Shown piece after piece: positions 12,426 through 25,389 of a stretch of 64,000 nt of DNA. Every line of letters starts with the position of its first letter. Position 1 is the first letter of the stretch. The stretch spans positions 8,432,001-8,496,000 of the forward strand of contig CM060734.1 of assembly GCA_030704615.1 (NCBI GenBank). Direction: 5' to 3'. A program made the position numbers and the translations under genes. The notes below the pieces were generated by a model, which ran no database searches, was not told where the DNA came from, and worked only from the letters and a program-made list of their open reading frames with translations. The DNA comes from Takakia lepidozioides (Eukaryota; Plantae; Bryophyta).

Positions 12426-12486
12426 AATGTACTCACAGGACTTGTTTGCTATATAGCCTTGTGGCCATAGACCCTGCACTTGGTTT
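12426..12486 (-). mobile_element. Very short diverged LINE 3'-end fragment
   Basis: AATGTACTCA...TAGCCTTGTGGCCATAGACCC matches the family 3' end and abuts the GA-rich GAGAGGGAGAGCG. Confidence 0.55.
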
Positions 12487-12502
12487 GGGTGAAACTGAAA
12501 GA

Positions 12503-12609
12503 ATGTACTCATGCCATTCCCTGCAAACGTTGGCTTGCCATAGCCTTGCGGCCATTGACCCCGCGGGAACTAACCCTCCTGGAGCCTTCTGTGGGTTTTG
12601 CACCCACCA
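12503..12609 (-). mobile_element. SINE-like or variant short retroposon sharing the LINE 3' end
   Basis: Flanked by a 16-bp direct repeat GGGTG(A/G)AACTGAAAGA (12487-12502 / 12610-12625). Its 3' half matches the LINE tail (CGCGGGGTCAATGGCC.CAAGGCTA.GGCAA...ATGAGTACA); its 5' half is unrelated. Confidence 0.6.
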
Positions 12610-12635
12610 GGGTGGAACTGAAAGAGAGAGAGAGA

Positions 12636-15600
12636 ATGTACTCATAAGATGTTGTTTGCCGTAGCCTTGTGGCCATTGACCCCGCGCCCAGTTTGAGCGG
12701 AACACAAAGGGACAGAAATTACCTTTTTCAGGGGCTGATGCCGGTAGTATGACTTAACTTGAAAGTTGGTAAAGAGAGGTACAGGAACAATTCCCTTGAT
12801 GGATTTGAAGAGGACGTCTCTCTGGTGAGAGTATCTAGGAATGAATCAGAACGCGGATATTGTCTTCAGGTTGCCCACACAGCGGGCATTTGCAATCCCC
12901 CTTTCCTCTCTGTGTCTGTTTGCTGTTCAAAGAAGGCTTCCCACCCTGAGTTTAAATTTCAGTCTAGTGCCGCGAGTGGGTAAAACCTTGCGGTCATCCA
13001 TCCATCCACAGACTGGAAACAAGTTCAGGGAAGTTTTCTGCCTAACTTCATTTTCATCAGACAATTTCCTGGCAACAGACATGGCTGTGGACACTACAGC
13101 CTCTAAGTCCGATTTATCCAGCAGGGTCAAGACTTGTGGACTTAGATTCAGATCCTTGAAAATGAGAAAAGCTCCATTCTGATCATAGAGCATGCGGTTT
13201 ACATCAGAGACGGACCCATCTTTCCGCATCGTGGATTAGTCCTCTTCCGCCAGGACTTAGCCGGTTTGACAGGGCGTTCCTGCTTCCAAGATATAGAACC
13301 GATTAACTTTGGATATCTGATATTAGTCCTATGTTGCAGCTGACCCCACCATCTGACCTTGAATTCATCTTGTCGGGAGCTTAAGGGAGGAATGTCAAAA
13401 TCACCCCGAACAGCCACATTAGCTCTTTTGGAGCATGCTGACGTGCACTCCTTGAGCACCCCCACTTGAATGGATTCTAGAGACTTAGGGCCGGCATATG
13501 CAGGTAAGAGGAACACAGCTAGGCTAACGTAGCTGTGGCTAACCTAGCTAGCTTTAATTTAATTTAGCAATCTTTGTTCAAATGTTCACACTTGCATGCA
13601 GCTACGTTCACTTATCATTATTATAAGTTAGCTAGCAGCAGGGTATTCACACATACTGAGTGAAACTTCACCTAACATAGAACATGTGCCAATGTCTTGT
13701 AACTCCCTCTTTCTCCCCTGCCCAATGGTCTCTTTGTTTACACTCCAAAACTTAAATGCTAACTTAACAGGAGTTTCCCCTTCCCCTGCTGCTAAGTTAG
13801 CAGTGAGAAATACTAGCTCAGCTCTGCTAAACATGGAAAACTAGCTGCCATGTAGGATAGCTGCAGGCATGTGGGGACAGGTACACTTTAACCTAGCCAT
13901 GTCAGCTGCTAGGTTAAAGTTAGCTGCATGTGTAAACAGGCCCTTAGCCTGGTTGGAGTTATCAACCCACACTGCAGATGCATACTCCAAGGTAGGCCTA
14001 ATAACGCGGCAAAGCATGGTTTTTTTTACTTCAGAGTTGATCTCTCTGCAGTGGAAAGTGATCAAACGCTTTGCTTTTGCCAGATTGAACAACTTTTTAT
14101 ATATGCGCTTCCCAAGTACAGTTGGAGGAAACTCAACGTCAAGGTATGTGTAGGAAGGGAGGACAGGAATCTCTTGGCTTCCCCACTGCCACTTGAGGTC
14201 GCCTTCTCCCTCCCCACGGTCATTGAATGCCACCACTGCGCATTTACTGACGTTAGCCTCTAGTCCCCAAAGGTCAAAGTATCTCTTCGCGCAATCAATC
14301 AACTCCTGAAGATTGGATGGAGTCTCCCCTATGCCTGCGAAGTCATCCGCAAACATAAGGGCTGGTATGGTAGCATCACCGGCCCTTAACCCAAATCACT
14401 CACTTTACACCTCCTCGAGTAGTTGATTGATGAAAACATTGAGGAGCAGAGGGGAGAGGGTACATCCTCGAGCTACACTTTGGTCTATGTCAAAGAAGTT
14501 AGACTTCTGTCCATTAACAGTGACACAACGTTTGGTGTGAGCATACAAGTTATGGACCACTCTCCACATCTTTCCCTTGCATGACCAGAGTCGGAGCCAT
14601 AGACCATCTCTCGACACTGTGATATAAGCCTTTTGGACATCCAAGAAAAAGACAAAAGTGGATTTCCCTTCTTTATTTCCTCCCTTGATAATCTGGCTTA
14701 GAGTGAAGATATGATCCGCGCAGCCCCTGTTTCTCCGAAATCCAGCTTGGCCTTCACGGAAACAACCTCTAGACTCCAGATCAACCTCGAGATGAGTACT
14801 TATAACTCTGCAAAATATCTTGCCAACAGCATTGAGAAGCGTGATGCCTTGACAGTTCCCCGGCTCTTCTCTGTCACCTTTCTTGTGTAGATTGACAATG
14901 ACCCCCTGTCGCATTGAAAGGGGATCATTTCAGTCTTCCAGATAAGATTAAAGAGAAGTACAAGGCTACCATGGGGTCGCCACCATGCTTGATAAGCTCA
15001 TTGACCATGCCATCAGGTCCACCAGCTTTATAACCGTTTAAATGCTCGATTGCTTCCACAATCTCATGGGAGCTTGTAACCCATTGAAATATACTCCAGT
15101 TCATCAGGGCTGTCTTCAGTCATAGAAACAGTTTTTTCTACTGTGTCCTTCCTTCAGAAAACCCCTCATTGTTAACTTAGAATTTCTGCCAAGGATATTG
15201 TAGTGAGTTTCAAAGGTTTTGACAATGTCAACCGTTGAAGTCACCACTGCACCCTTAGTAGTCCTCAGCGGTTGTACTAGCTCACATTTTTCGGCTTGTG
15301 CAGACGTTGACGGGCCAACCAGAATCTCTTGTCGTTACGACCACGGTGATTTGAGTTTATTTCTCTGTATAACTTATCCCCATATGATTTCTTCTTAGAC
15401 CTTACGAGCTGATATATAATTTTGCGGATCTGGTAGTACCTAGCCCACAATTCTTTGTTGACTGTCATAATGCAGCACTCTTTATAGAGGACTCGTCTCT
15501 CAGCCATCTTGAGTTTGATCTCATGGTCCACCAATTATCAGCTCTACCGCAGACAATTAGTTTCCTCCCAATGATCTTGTCAGCCACAGAGGAGATGAAA

Positions 15601-16186
15601 CTCTCCCAAGAATCCACTGCTGTTTCGACTTCATTTCTTGCATCGCCAGAGCGAGACTGAAGATCCTGGAGCGAAGGGACAAAGTGAGGGAGAGCCTCTA
15701 GCAAGGCCTGGACATACTCCGCCTTGACCTCTTCATTTTGGAATTTTTCTATGCTCCACTTCTGAATCGAATGTTGCACGGATCTCTTGGTGTTGGGGAA
15801 ACACCTTTTGATCTCAGTCCAAACCAGAAAGTGGTCAGAGGTACCAATATCAGTTCTGCCAATCAACACATTGGCACTCTGGGGAGACAAACTCTTATCC
15901 ACTATGATATAATCCACAATGGACCGTTCCCCAGTTTGGGCTTTCTCACGAGTCCACTGCATAAGGTCTCTTTTTGACCTATTATTCAAGGTCAAAAGCT
16001 GAAGTTCTTCCAGGCAGTTTATTAATGGTCTTCCAGTAGAATTCAGCTCATCGGCTCCAATACAACCAAAAGGCCGGGCAATCTTAGGTCCTGGTGAATA
16101 CCTTTCCCCACCCGGGCATTGAAGTCACCCAATAAGACCACTTGGCCTTGGGCAAGGATCTTAGCACAGTCCAGCTTTACATCTTC
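12636..16186 (-). mobile_element. LINE copy C, older and degenerate, 5'-truncated
   Basis: Colinear, multiply frameshifted homolog of copy B from the APE (GDFNA) to the 3' end; the 3' end abuts a (GA)n run at about 12624-12635. Confidence 0.9.
13488..13943. mobile_element. PIF/Harbinger (Tourist-like) MITE inserted in LINE C
   Basis: Ends are GGGCC...GGCCC with a 3-bp TTA TSD (13485-13487 / 13944-13946). 456 bp, non-coding, TAGCT-rich. LINE sequence resumes exactly after it. Confidence 0.8.
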
Positions 16187-17960
16187 ACTTACAATGTCAG
16201 TAGCAACTACATATGTGTTGATCAACCCTCACTGGCATGTGGTATTTCATGTACACTGTGATGCCTCTGGAGAAGCTTTGGGAGCTGTGTTAGCCCAACA
16301 TGTCACAGGAAACATACATTCACATGTGTACTATGCTAGCAGATTGTTGAACAGTGCTGAGAGGAACTATAGCACTACAGAAAGAGAAGCTTTAGCAATG
16401 ATATATGCAGTCAAGAGATTCAAGCATTATCCACTTGGAAAGAAGTTGATGTTTTATGTGGATCATCAAGCTTTGATTTATCTAGTGAATAAGCCTTTGA
16501 TAAGTGGCAGGATAGCAAGATGGTTGATTATCTTGCACGAGTTTGAATTCGAAGTTGTTTACAAGTCTGGACATTTGCATCTTGTGCAGATCACTTGTCA
16601 CGCCTTTCAATAGGGAAACCCGCCACAGGAGTAGACGATCAACTGCCTGATGCGAGTTTATTTGCAGTGGAAGTGCAGGGAGCAGATGATTGGTTAGATT
16701 GGCAGTGGCCAATCAGATACTACCTTACTCATGGTCAGTGCCCACCCAGTTATGGGAAGGAGCAGAGGAAAAGAATAGCTATCAAGGTATTACCATACAC
16801 TATGATAGGTGGAAGATTGTATAAGCTAGGACCTGATGGAGTTCTTAAACGATGCTTGTACCACCATGAGATAAATAAAGTTTTGGAAGAAATTCATAAC
16901 GGAGTGCTGGAGGCCATTTTGAGAGGAACTACCAGTAAGAAAATACTACTTGCAGATTACTGGTGGCCTACTTTGTTCAAGGATGTACATAAGTATTGCA
17001 AGAGTAGTGATGAGTGTCAGAGGCTAGGACCGTTGCAAAGATCTGGGAAGATGGCTTTGTATCCTACGATGCCTACTGAACCATTTCAGAAATGGGGATT
17101 AGACTTTGTTGGACCAATTAATCCCCCAGCTAGAAATACACAGAACAAGTATATAATCGCAGCCACTGATTATACCACAAAATGGGTGGAAGCTAAGGCT
17201 CTGAGGGACCACACAGCTAAGTCAGCTAAGTCCACATTTAGGTTCCTATATGAGAACATTCTCACAGAGTTGGCTGTCCCCTGGAATTTATCATTGTGAC
17301 CAGAAGTCATTTTCATTAATGAGACCATTGAACTATTGACTAAGGAGTTCATGATTGTGCACAGGAAGAGTACAACCTATTACCCACAGTGCAATGGGCA
17401 GGCAGAGGCCACCAACAAAATATTATGTACTATCTTGGTTAAGATAGTCAATGCGAACAGGACAGACTGGGATACAAAGTTGTTGACAGCTTTGTGGTCA
17501 CACAAGACTTCATATAAGGTCACCACCAAGTATATACCATTCCAATTAATTTATAGCATGGAAGCTTTACTTCCAGTGAAATTCTTATTACCTACCATGA
17601 GAACTGAATAGGGAAGGAGAATGGAATTGGAGGATTCAATTAAAGTAAGGAACATGAACTATATCATGTGGAAGAAGTATGTGCTGATGCAGTAGATAAC
17701 ATGACCAGAATTCAGATGAAGAGGAAGGATCAGTTTGATGAAGGTAATTGAAGACTTTTCAAGACAGGTGATTTGGTACTGTGGTTGCAGAAGAAGAACA
17801 TTAAAGCCTCTAAGCTTAAATCACCATGGAAATGACCTTATGTCATACAGAAGATGTATGATCACAACATAGCTATGTTACAAACCATTAATAAAGAGAT
17901 GTTTGGTAGAGTCAATGCCAATAAGTTGAAGGGATACAGTATAAGTGTAAAGACAGTTTA
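16187..17960 (+). pseudogene. pol: Gypsy pol remnant (RNase H and integrase)
   Basis: ORF pieces 16119-16613, 16595-17299 and 17336-17611 carry the motifs above; several frameshifts and stops. Confidence 0.88.
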
Positions 17961-18655
17961 GAAGTCAAACTCGGAGAATGTGCCACGCGGACAGAAGGAG
18001 ACGTAGAGTGTTTTGAATTCAAACACGTGGCCTAAGGGGCAAAGCACTCCGCATTGCATGTACTGCAATAACAAACGTCATCACACAAGAAGACAAACAG
18101 GGCCTCAAGTACCTACCCTTACCTCACCGAAACTTATTATGAGCCCATTAATGCATCAAGATGACAGGTAACGGAACACTTTACGCATCCGGCAAAGGGG
18201 AACCTTTGCCACATATGCAGTCCTAGTGGTCATTCCAAGATGGAATGTGAACTGATTAAAGTAAAAATGAGAAGTTACCTAATGATGCAACGGCCAATCA
18301 GCAACGTGAAGTTTGTGCAAGAGATTCCATTCAGAAACAAGAACAATGAATACGAAGATTAATGAGCGGAGGAATAGGTGTTATTCCGGATAACCAGTGT
18401 CTCGACAAGAGGGGCAATCAAAGCTATAGCTTTGTAACTATGGCGGATATCACGGACTATACACTAGCTCTACTTCTTACGCAGTGGCGCAAGGAATGAC
18501 AGGTCGAAAGTATTTTTTTTCTCACTCACTATTTGCAAGGCCCGCAGGCTTACACCCACTTGTCTGTTCCATTCTGTGCTCATCCACACTTTCATGCTAT
18601 ACTCATTACAAGCTTTCCTGCAGTTATTCCAAACAATATCTTCTTGTTTGTCCGT

Positions 18656-21600
18656 GATGAAGCGAATTAGAGCACAAGGCAAGATTGCACGTCGGGGATC
18701 TTTTCTAAGAAACGATTTTTTTCAGGAATCAGGGATTCACTTGCACCAAAACCGAGTAACCAGGGTTGAGGGAAATTGGCCAGATACTAAACATTTTGTT
18801 TGCCATGAAACAGAACCAACAGTATCTTAGCAGAGCTTTTACGGAGGAGGTTCTGAAAGCTTTGAGAGGAGAGGATGTAACTTGGGCGGAGATGATGCAC
18901 AGTGGTCTGGTGGAGGAGATGAAACGATTACAGAATACTATTGTCAAGTCCCCAATTATTATGTCTGGCCCAATTATTGCACAGATCATTTTTTATTCTT
19001 GCTTGTTTGATGCGTAAGAACGCAAAGTAATGGGGGTGTTTGAGGCAGCCACAACTGCAGTTGAGGAGTAAGGCTCTTCACAAGGTGAAGGAGGATTAGA
19101 GAGGCAGCACCAGTCCAAGAGACAGAAAAAAGACGCAATTGTAATGGCGGATCCACTAACCACAAGGAACCCTCACGATGATGTTTCGATAGCTCCTGCA
19201 CAGGATGAGGTGCAGCAGCACAATGGCTATTATTACTGGAAGCACGGTCATTAGAGAGGGAGATAGAAGTCACTTCAGTACCACGCCCAGTACAGCAAGC
19301 TGACCAAGTTGCCCCGGTGGTAACTCAAACTGGACTTGCTGTTACACCGGAACCTCTTACTGTAGAGAGAGAGATTGGACATCCCCACTACAGAGCAAGT
19401 AGTGGCAGAAATTGAGAATGACAACCTTCTCTATGAAAACTTTGGCATGGTCGGAGACCCCATGGTACCAAAGATGCAGAGTCTGCCTAAGGAAATCCCT
19501 GCTGTGCAGGTTATGCCCAAACCTGTGGCGGAGGTTGAAGGGGTAAAGGGCAAGGGTACTGCAGCACCTATGGAAGATGAGGTTGCTCAGGAAGAAGATC
19601 TTGTGGGATCATGGCCCGATTGGTTTGTGAAACATCAAAGTGTAGATAATCAAGAAGAACAGCAGCAGATTTTCCATGAAGATCCACAGCAGGCCATGCT
19701 CATGAGTTCCATAAGCATGACTCTCAATCTAATGGGCACCTATGTCAAGACTCATGTTCCTTCCACTCAATTGGCAGCTTTGCGGGAGGAGTTTAAGCAA
19801 GAGCTTGAGGCAAGAATTTGCCACTGAGTGTGCAAACAGGGTGGATTTGGAGGCCAACCTCAAGTTGCAGAAAGAGTTGGAGGACACTAAAGCTGCCCTA
19901 CAGCTTGCGAAGGAAAATTTAATTGAAGCAGGTCTTGAGCAGGAGAAGTTGCATGAAGTGCATAAACAATAGCTATATCAGATACAGATTCAGCATGAGG
20001 ACAAGTTGTTTAATACAAAATTGGAAGCAGTCCATCAGAAAATGATTATACAATGTGTCACATTAACGACTAATCTGGAGATGGCTGCACTGGAAGTCAA
20101 GAACCAAGCTGAGAGATGTATAACAGCGGAGACAGAGTCAATGGAGCAGGGGAAACTCATTGCTGACATGAAGGCTACTATCTGTCGCAATGAGGATACC
20201 ATTCAACAGTTCCACCATGTTGATGCCCAGAAGGACAAGTACATCTTTGAATTGCAGCAAACAATCACAGTACGGGAGAATGAATTTTCTGTGAGTGAAA
20301 GGGCCTGGAAAAAAGCCAATAATTTATCAGCTGCCTTTGCAGCTCTGGTTGAGCCTCATGCGAAGCGCATGGAGAGTTTACAACAGCAGTTGGAAACATA
20401 CCGGCTCAATGAGGAGCAGGATCTCCGTGGTGTTACACAGAACTTGGTGAATAATCATCTTTTGCAAGAATGGTTAACACAAGGGCCAGTGGAAGGGAAA
20501 GCACCAAGAAAACTCATCCAAGACGAGATGAATTATCTCAGGCTACGGGTGCAGATTATTACCACAACCACTGTAGATAATGTCTATAGTCGGATAGCTG
20601 AGTTATAGGAGGATATAGAAGGGCTGCAGACTCAAGTGGATGACTTGAGCTCCAACATTGACAAAAGGACATTTGTTCCTGAGGAACAGCTCATGGCTAC
20701 TTATTTGCAGGCAAAGACTTTGATTTTTCAATCTTCAGCACAGAAAGTGCAGGACTTGCCAACATCAGGAGGGACTGTGGCAACAACATCACAGCAACCA
20801 CACCAGGTCGACAGTGTTGATATCATGGCACTGCAGCAATCACTGTCTGAGGTTTGGGATGATGCTTCTTTTAACCCACCTACTACTCCTGCTGCACTTG
20901 AATACAATCGAGCTATGATTCTACCCTTCAACCAAATCCCCATTGTTATGGATTTGGGTTGGAAAGAATTCAGTCCTCCAGAGTCTTTGACACACTATTA
21001 CCAAATTATGCGCATTTGGTTGCCAGTGGCAACTCGGACTAAAGTTCTTCCAACTAACAGACCCATTGAAGATCATCATTTTGAGCGGTACTGGTCTAAA
21101 GCAGGAACCATTTTGAAGGAATTAATTGTCTTCCAGATTGTTCATGGATTCATTTACACCAAGACCAAGGAGGTACCTAGTTTGGTCATGGGTTGTGGAC
21201 TGTATTATACTGCTTGTTTTATTTCACGCTATCATATTGAGCAGCAGAAGATGCAGATGAGATTTCAGACTTATTCCAGTGGAGAGCATTGGATGTTACC
21301 TTCAGTTCCACCACATACATATCTGTATGATGTAAGGATCATGCTTCAGAAGGATCCCCAACTCCGTTCTTGGTTTACTTTTGCTCTGGAGAACTTAGCC
21401 AAGGAGAACTTGGGTCTTGACCACATTTTTCCCAAGGGGCATGAAGCCAGGAAGTGGCTACACTTCTCCAAAGTCATTGGCACACCACTCAGCTATACAG
21501 AAGATGAGCTGCGGGCATAGGCATACATTGTACGCCAGTCAGGATTCCTACGAAGCCACGGAAGGACATGAAACAGTACGGCCAACGGGGGGAAGATGAT

Positions 21601-21871
21601 TCGGAACTCCACTAGTTCTGTGGAGGGGAATTTTGACATGGCTGAGGATTATGCGATACAAATGCGGAGAAAAAACGACGGGGATCTCCTATGCCTGAAA
21701 AATTACCTCCATATCAGCCTAAGACAGGACAGTCAGATCCATCTAGTCGACCGTCATCCCCACCAGCCAGCGATATGGCTCGGGCTTACACACAGAGCCC
21801 TCCGAGAAACTCTCACCGGCAAAAGGGTGCTCGTTCACAAAGGTTTGCTGATCCTAAGCAGTAAACCGTGA
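18656..21871 (+). pseudogene. Additional gypsy ORF (about 1000 codons, degraded): putative Athila/Tat-type accessory domain plus long coiled coil
   Basis: Successive same-strand ORF pieces between integrase and PPT: ALRGEDVTWAEMM...GPIIAQII block, E/Q/K-rich heptad region 19750-20650, and a globular C-terminal part. Confidence 0.6.
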
Positions 21872-21902
21872 GGACACAGCTTTTTGAGATGGGGAGGGAT
21901 AA

Positions 21903-22690
21903 TGTTAGAGGGCTGTCTAAGACTTAGACAGTTTTACGGGTTCTGTGGGGTACCCTTAATTTTGCACAGACCTACGGTGGTAGACTCAGACCAATACAGA
22001 CCTTAGGGGTGACAGACACAGGCCTTAGGGGTGATAAACAGGCTTACACAGTCAGTCACAGCCTTACACAGTTAGACACAGCTTGACACAGCCTAACACA
22101 GTCAGTCACAGCCCGACACAGCCGACACAACACGACACAGCTTCACACAGCCAGTCACAGTCTGACACAGCTTGGCATAGCCCGTCACAACGTTCATAGG
22201 GAACGGTTATCATTGGCAGGGAATGACTATGTGGGAACGACATCTGCAGAGGGATTGTGTGTTCTGTCTTGGATGACAGTTAGTTAGTTAGGCGGTTAGA
22301 ACAGCTTGCAGGTAGAATAGGCAGAGTAGCGACATGGAGAGTTGTACTTCTTAGAGCTCTTCTTGGAGGTCACTTCGGAGTTCACTTCTTGGACATCACT
22401 TGAGGAGATCAGGCGGAGAGCACGATCTTGGAGCACATGGATGGAGATTACACAGAGGAGGAGATATGACGAGATGATGTTTGATTCATGCAAGCTGTAG
22501 AGATGCACTGTAGAGCAGATTAGAGACATCATGGCTACATGATAGATATTAATATGATTCATATTTCATACTCACACCGTGTAAAGAGATATGAGTGAAG
22601 TTGTGGAATGAATGCTTGAGTAGATGGAACATGGTAGATTGCAGAAGCAATCTGATACTTAATCATAGATAGTAAGGTAAATTGCTAACA
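21903..22690 (+). repeat. 3' LTR (788 bp) of the non-chromovirus gypsy
   Basis: TGTTAG...CTAACA inverted termini directly after the PPT; internal ACACAGC micro-repeats at 22040-22190. Confidence 0.8.
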
Positions 22691-22825
22691 TGAATGCGAG
22701 AAGGGATACAAATAGGAAGCACCCCCATGATACACTAGTTGTAGGTCATGACTGATTGTTCTGAGCGGGCCGAGTACTTAGAGATTTCCAACTCTTCTAT
22801 CTTGGAGTTTCCACCTCGGATAGCT

Positions 22826-23118
22826 AGTAACCCCAAGAACGGTGCAAGCCTGTTGGTGACCAAAAACTAGTGAGTAAGCGAGCGAGCCGGAAAGCGACCA
22901 AAGAGTGGGGAGCTGTTCCGGACTGCCAACTACCAAAGGGAATTCCGCTGGTTCCAAATCGTTGGAGGGTTCTTTGGGAGATCAAAAGGGGACCGTTATG
23001 CCCCGGTGAGCAGTCGGAGCTCCAAGTTGGCCCGGCGGCCAGGTTGGAAGTTAGGCGCGCGCATCAAGCGAGTAACTATGACTTGAGGGGAGAGCTTACC
23101 GAAGTGAGGTGCGCGACA
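22826..23118 (+). repeat. Partial LTR (3' 290 bp) of the chromovirus family
   Basis: Matches the 3' part of LTR 53459-54181 and ends GCGCGACA. Confidence 0.85.
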
Positions 23119-23504
23119 CTTCACTTTCTTTCTAAGCGCTTGAGAAGTGGCAGCACAGGCAGGAGGATGGCAAGGGAGCCATGGTAAAGCTGTATTGAAG
23201 TGTCTGGAATTTGCATGAAAGAGCCAGCAACAAATAAATAGTTTTTACGGCACTTGGAGGACAACCAACATCTGGGCTGCCACTGCCAGCCGAGGCCAGC
23301 TTGTGAAGGGAATTATAAACGGGGAGTAGAAAGCTGCTGGTAAAGCCAGAGTTTGACAGGCCAGCAAATTATGTTTCTCTTACCATATGGCTGGGTAGGG
23401 TAGGGTTGTTTGTTAAGTGTCACGGTTACACATTCCCACAGACCGACTTTATTTGCTGGTTCTCAATATGTGCCGCAACAATCTTTCTTTTCTTACAAAA
23501 ATTT

Positions 23505-24453
23505 GAGAGCTCTCACTGTTGAGAGGCTTCACCCTTGGCCGGGACTTGGAGGAAGTCGGCCGAACTAGCTAGTGGAGAGTAGAGTCAAGTGGGGGGTTTG
23601 GTTCTTTGCCATGGGACGCCATGGTGCGGAAACAAACTCCTTGATGTGGGACGCCACAACTTGGATGTTCCTTTCTACAAAATGGACAAGTCGATGAGGA
23701 CATCGACTCCCTGTTGTAGGGGGTGTGTGTCGCGGCCCCTTTCCCTTGAGGGCAGGGGGTCGGGACGCAGAGGGGCTACCCCTATGGTGGGGGCGGTGGC
23801 AGCAATAGGTACGGGGGGCTGAAGCACCCTTGAGTGCCCAAGGCACTCAAGGAGGCGGAGGCGCTCACTAGGTGGAGCCCCGCACACCAGGTTGCGGTGG
23901 GGGTGGCTCCACAAGGGGTGGTGGTAGCTTAGCGAGACTTAGTGGGGGTGGCATAGGACTCACCATGAGGCGGAGACCTTGTGGTGGGAGTCGTGGGGAG
24001 TCTTGGGACTCATCACGGTCCAATGGGTCCGTGGTGGGTGGGCCAAGACTCACCACGACTCATCACCGGGAATCGAGGGTCTTCGTGGTGGTTCGCCATA
24101 AAATGGCATGGTTGTTTGTGAAACCCCCGCGGACAGTCACAGAAGTATATATAGGGAGTGATAACCTCGAGAACGGTGCAAGCCCGTTGGTGACCAAAAA
24201 CTAGTGAATAAGCGAGCGAGCCGGAAAGCGACCAAGGAGTGGGGAGCTATTCCGGACTGCCATCTACCAAAGGGAATTTCCACTAGGCCCAAATTGGTGG
24301 AGGGTCTGTTGGGGGAGTAAAGGGGGACCGTTATGTGCCGGTGAGCAGCCGAAGCTCCGAGTTGGCCTGGCGGCCAGGTTGGGAGTTAGGCGCGCGCATC
24401 AAAGCGAGTAACTATGACTTGAAGGGGAGCTTACCGAAGTGAGGTGCGCGACA
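23505..24453 (+). mobile_element. Chromovirus 3' end: about 220 bp of internal 3' region, PPT and LTR (23728-24453)
   Basis: TGTCGCG...CGCGACA termini; homologous to 59490-60426. Confidence 0.9.
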
Positions 24454-25389
24454 AGTTTCCTGATACAACTTACAAGAGTAGTTGCCTACCTTGCAAGTCT
24501 TGGCGACCACCGCTTCTACCAAGCGGCTGATGGAATCTTCCGACAGCTCTGTGGTCGCACGAGTCATGTTCAATTGTCGGGGATTTGTGCACTTCTTAGC
24601 CATGTGCCCGGGCTCCCCGCAATTAAAGCACACTCCATCAAAGGTCGCCTTTTGTCCGCCATAAGCGGTCGCACCTGATTTTTCTTTTGGAGCACCGAGT
24701 GTCGTCCTGGCGTGTGAAGGCCCTCCCTTTGATTTCCACGTGCTATTGTCGCCGCGTGGCCTATCCCACTTCTTTTCCGGTCAAAAATAGTCACCCTCCC
24801 ACCGGGTCTTCTTGTGGTTCAGCTCCGTACGGCCTTGTCTTTCGCCCCTAGGGACATCCGAGAAACATTCAGCCCTCTCAATTGCCTCGTTCAAAGTCTT
24901 AGGTGGCTTCTCCTCCAACTTCCGCCTGGCCCATGGGGCCAGTCCCGCCACAAAGTTGAAGACCATTTCTGGTTCTGCCATGTCCGCGACTTCGAGCAAT
25001 AACACATTGAAAGCCTGAACATATCCCTGAATGTCATCCGTTTGCTTCAAATTCCTCATCTTGTCCTGGGCGAGCCAGGACGCATTGAGGGGCACAAACT
25101 GTCTCTTCATCAGTTCCTTGAACCCACTCCAGTTCAAGGTTTCCGGTTTTGGACCTCGGTCGTGAAGACGTTTCTGCCACCATTGTTGAGCATAGCCCCT
25201 CAAATAAGTGGGAGCCACTTCCACCCGATCCTCGTCACTCAACTTGGCCGCCCGGAAGTACTGCTCTAGCTCCAAGAGCCAGGTGTTGATTGCCTTCCGA
25301 TTTTGGACGCCCTCGAAGGTGTCGGGTTCTTTAGGCTTCACCTTAAACTTTGCCTTAGTGGAAGTGGCATTAGCCGCCTTCAACACGTT
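24454..25389 (-). pseudogene. gag: Chromovirus gag fragment (same family, inverted)
   Basis: Near-identical to 54500-55430 (KPKEPDTFEG...[14 protein letters not shown]) with a CGA>TGA stop at 24781; cut by LTRs on both sides. Confidence 0.9.

Larger units (their letters stand above)
16187..22690 (+). mobile_element. 5'-truncated non-chromovirus Ty3/gypsy LTR retrotransposon with extra 3' ORF
   Basis: RNase H (VHCDASGEALGAVL, NYSTTEREALA, DHQAL) and integrase ([21 protein letters not shown]) remnants. Polypurine tract (PPT) GAGATGGGGAGGGA just before the LTR. Confidence 0.88.
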
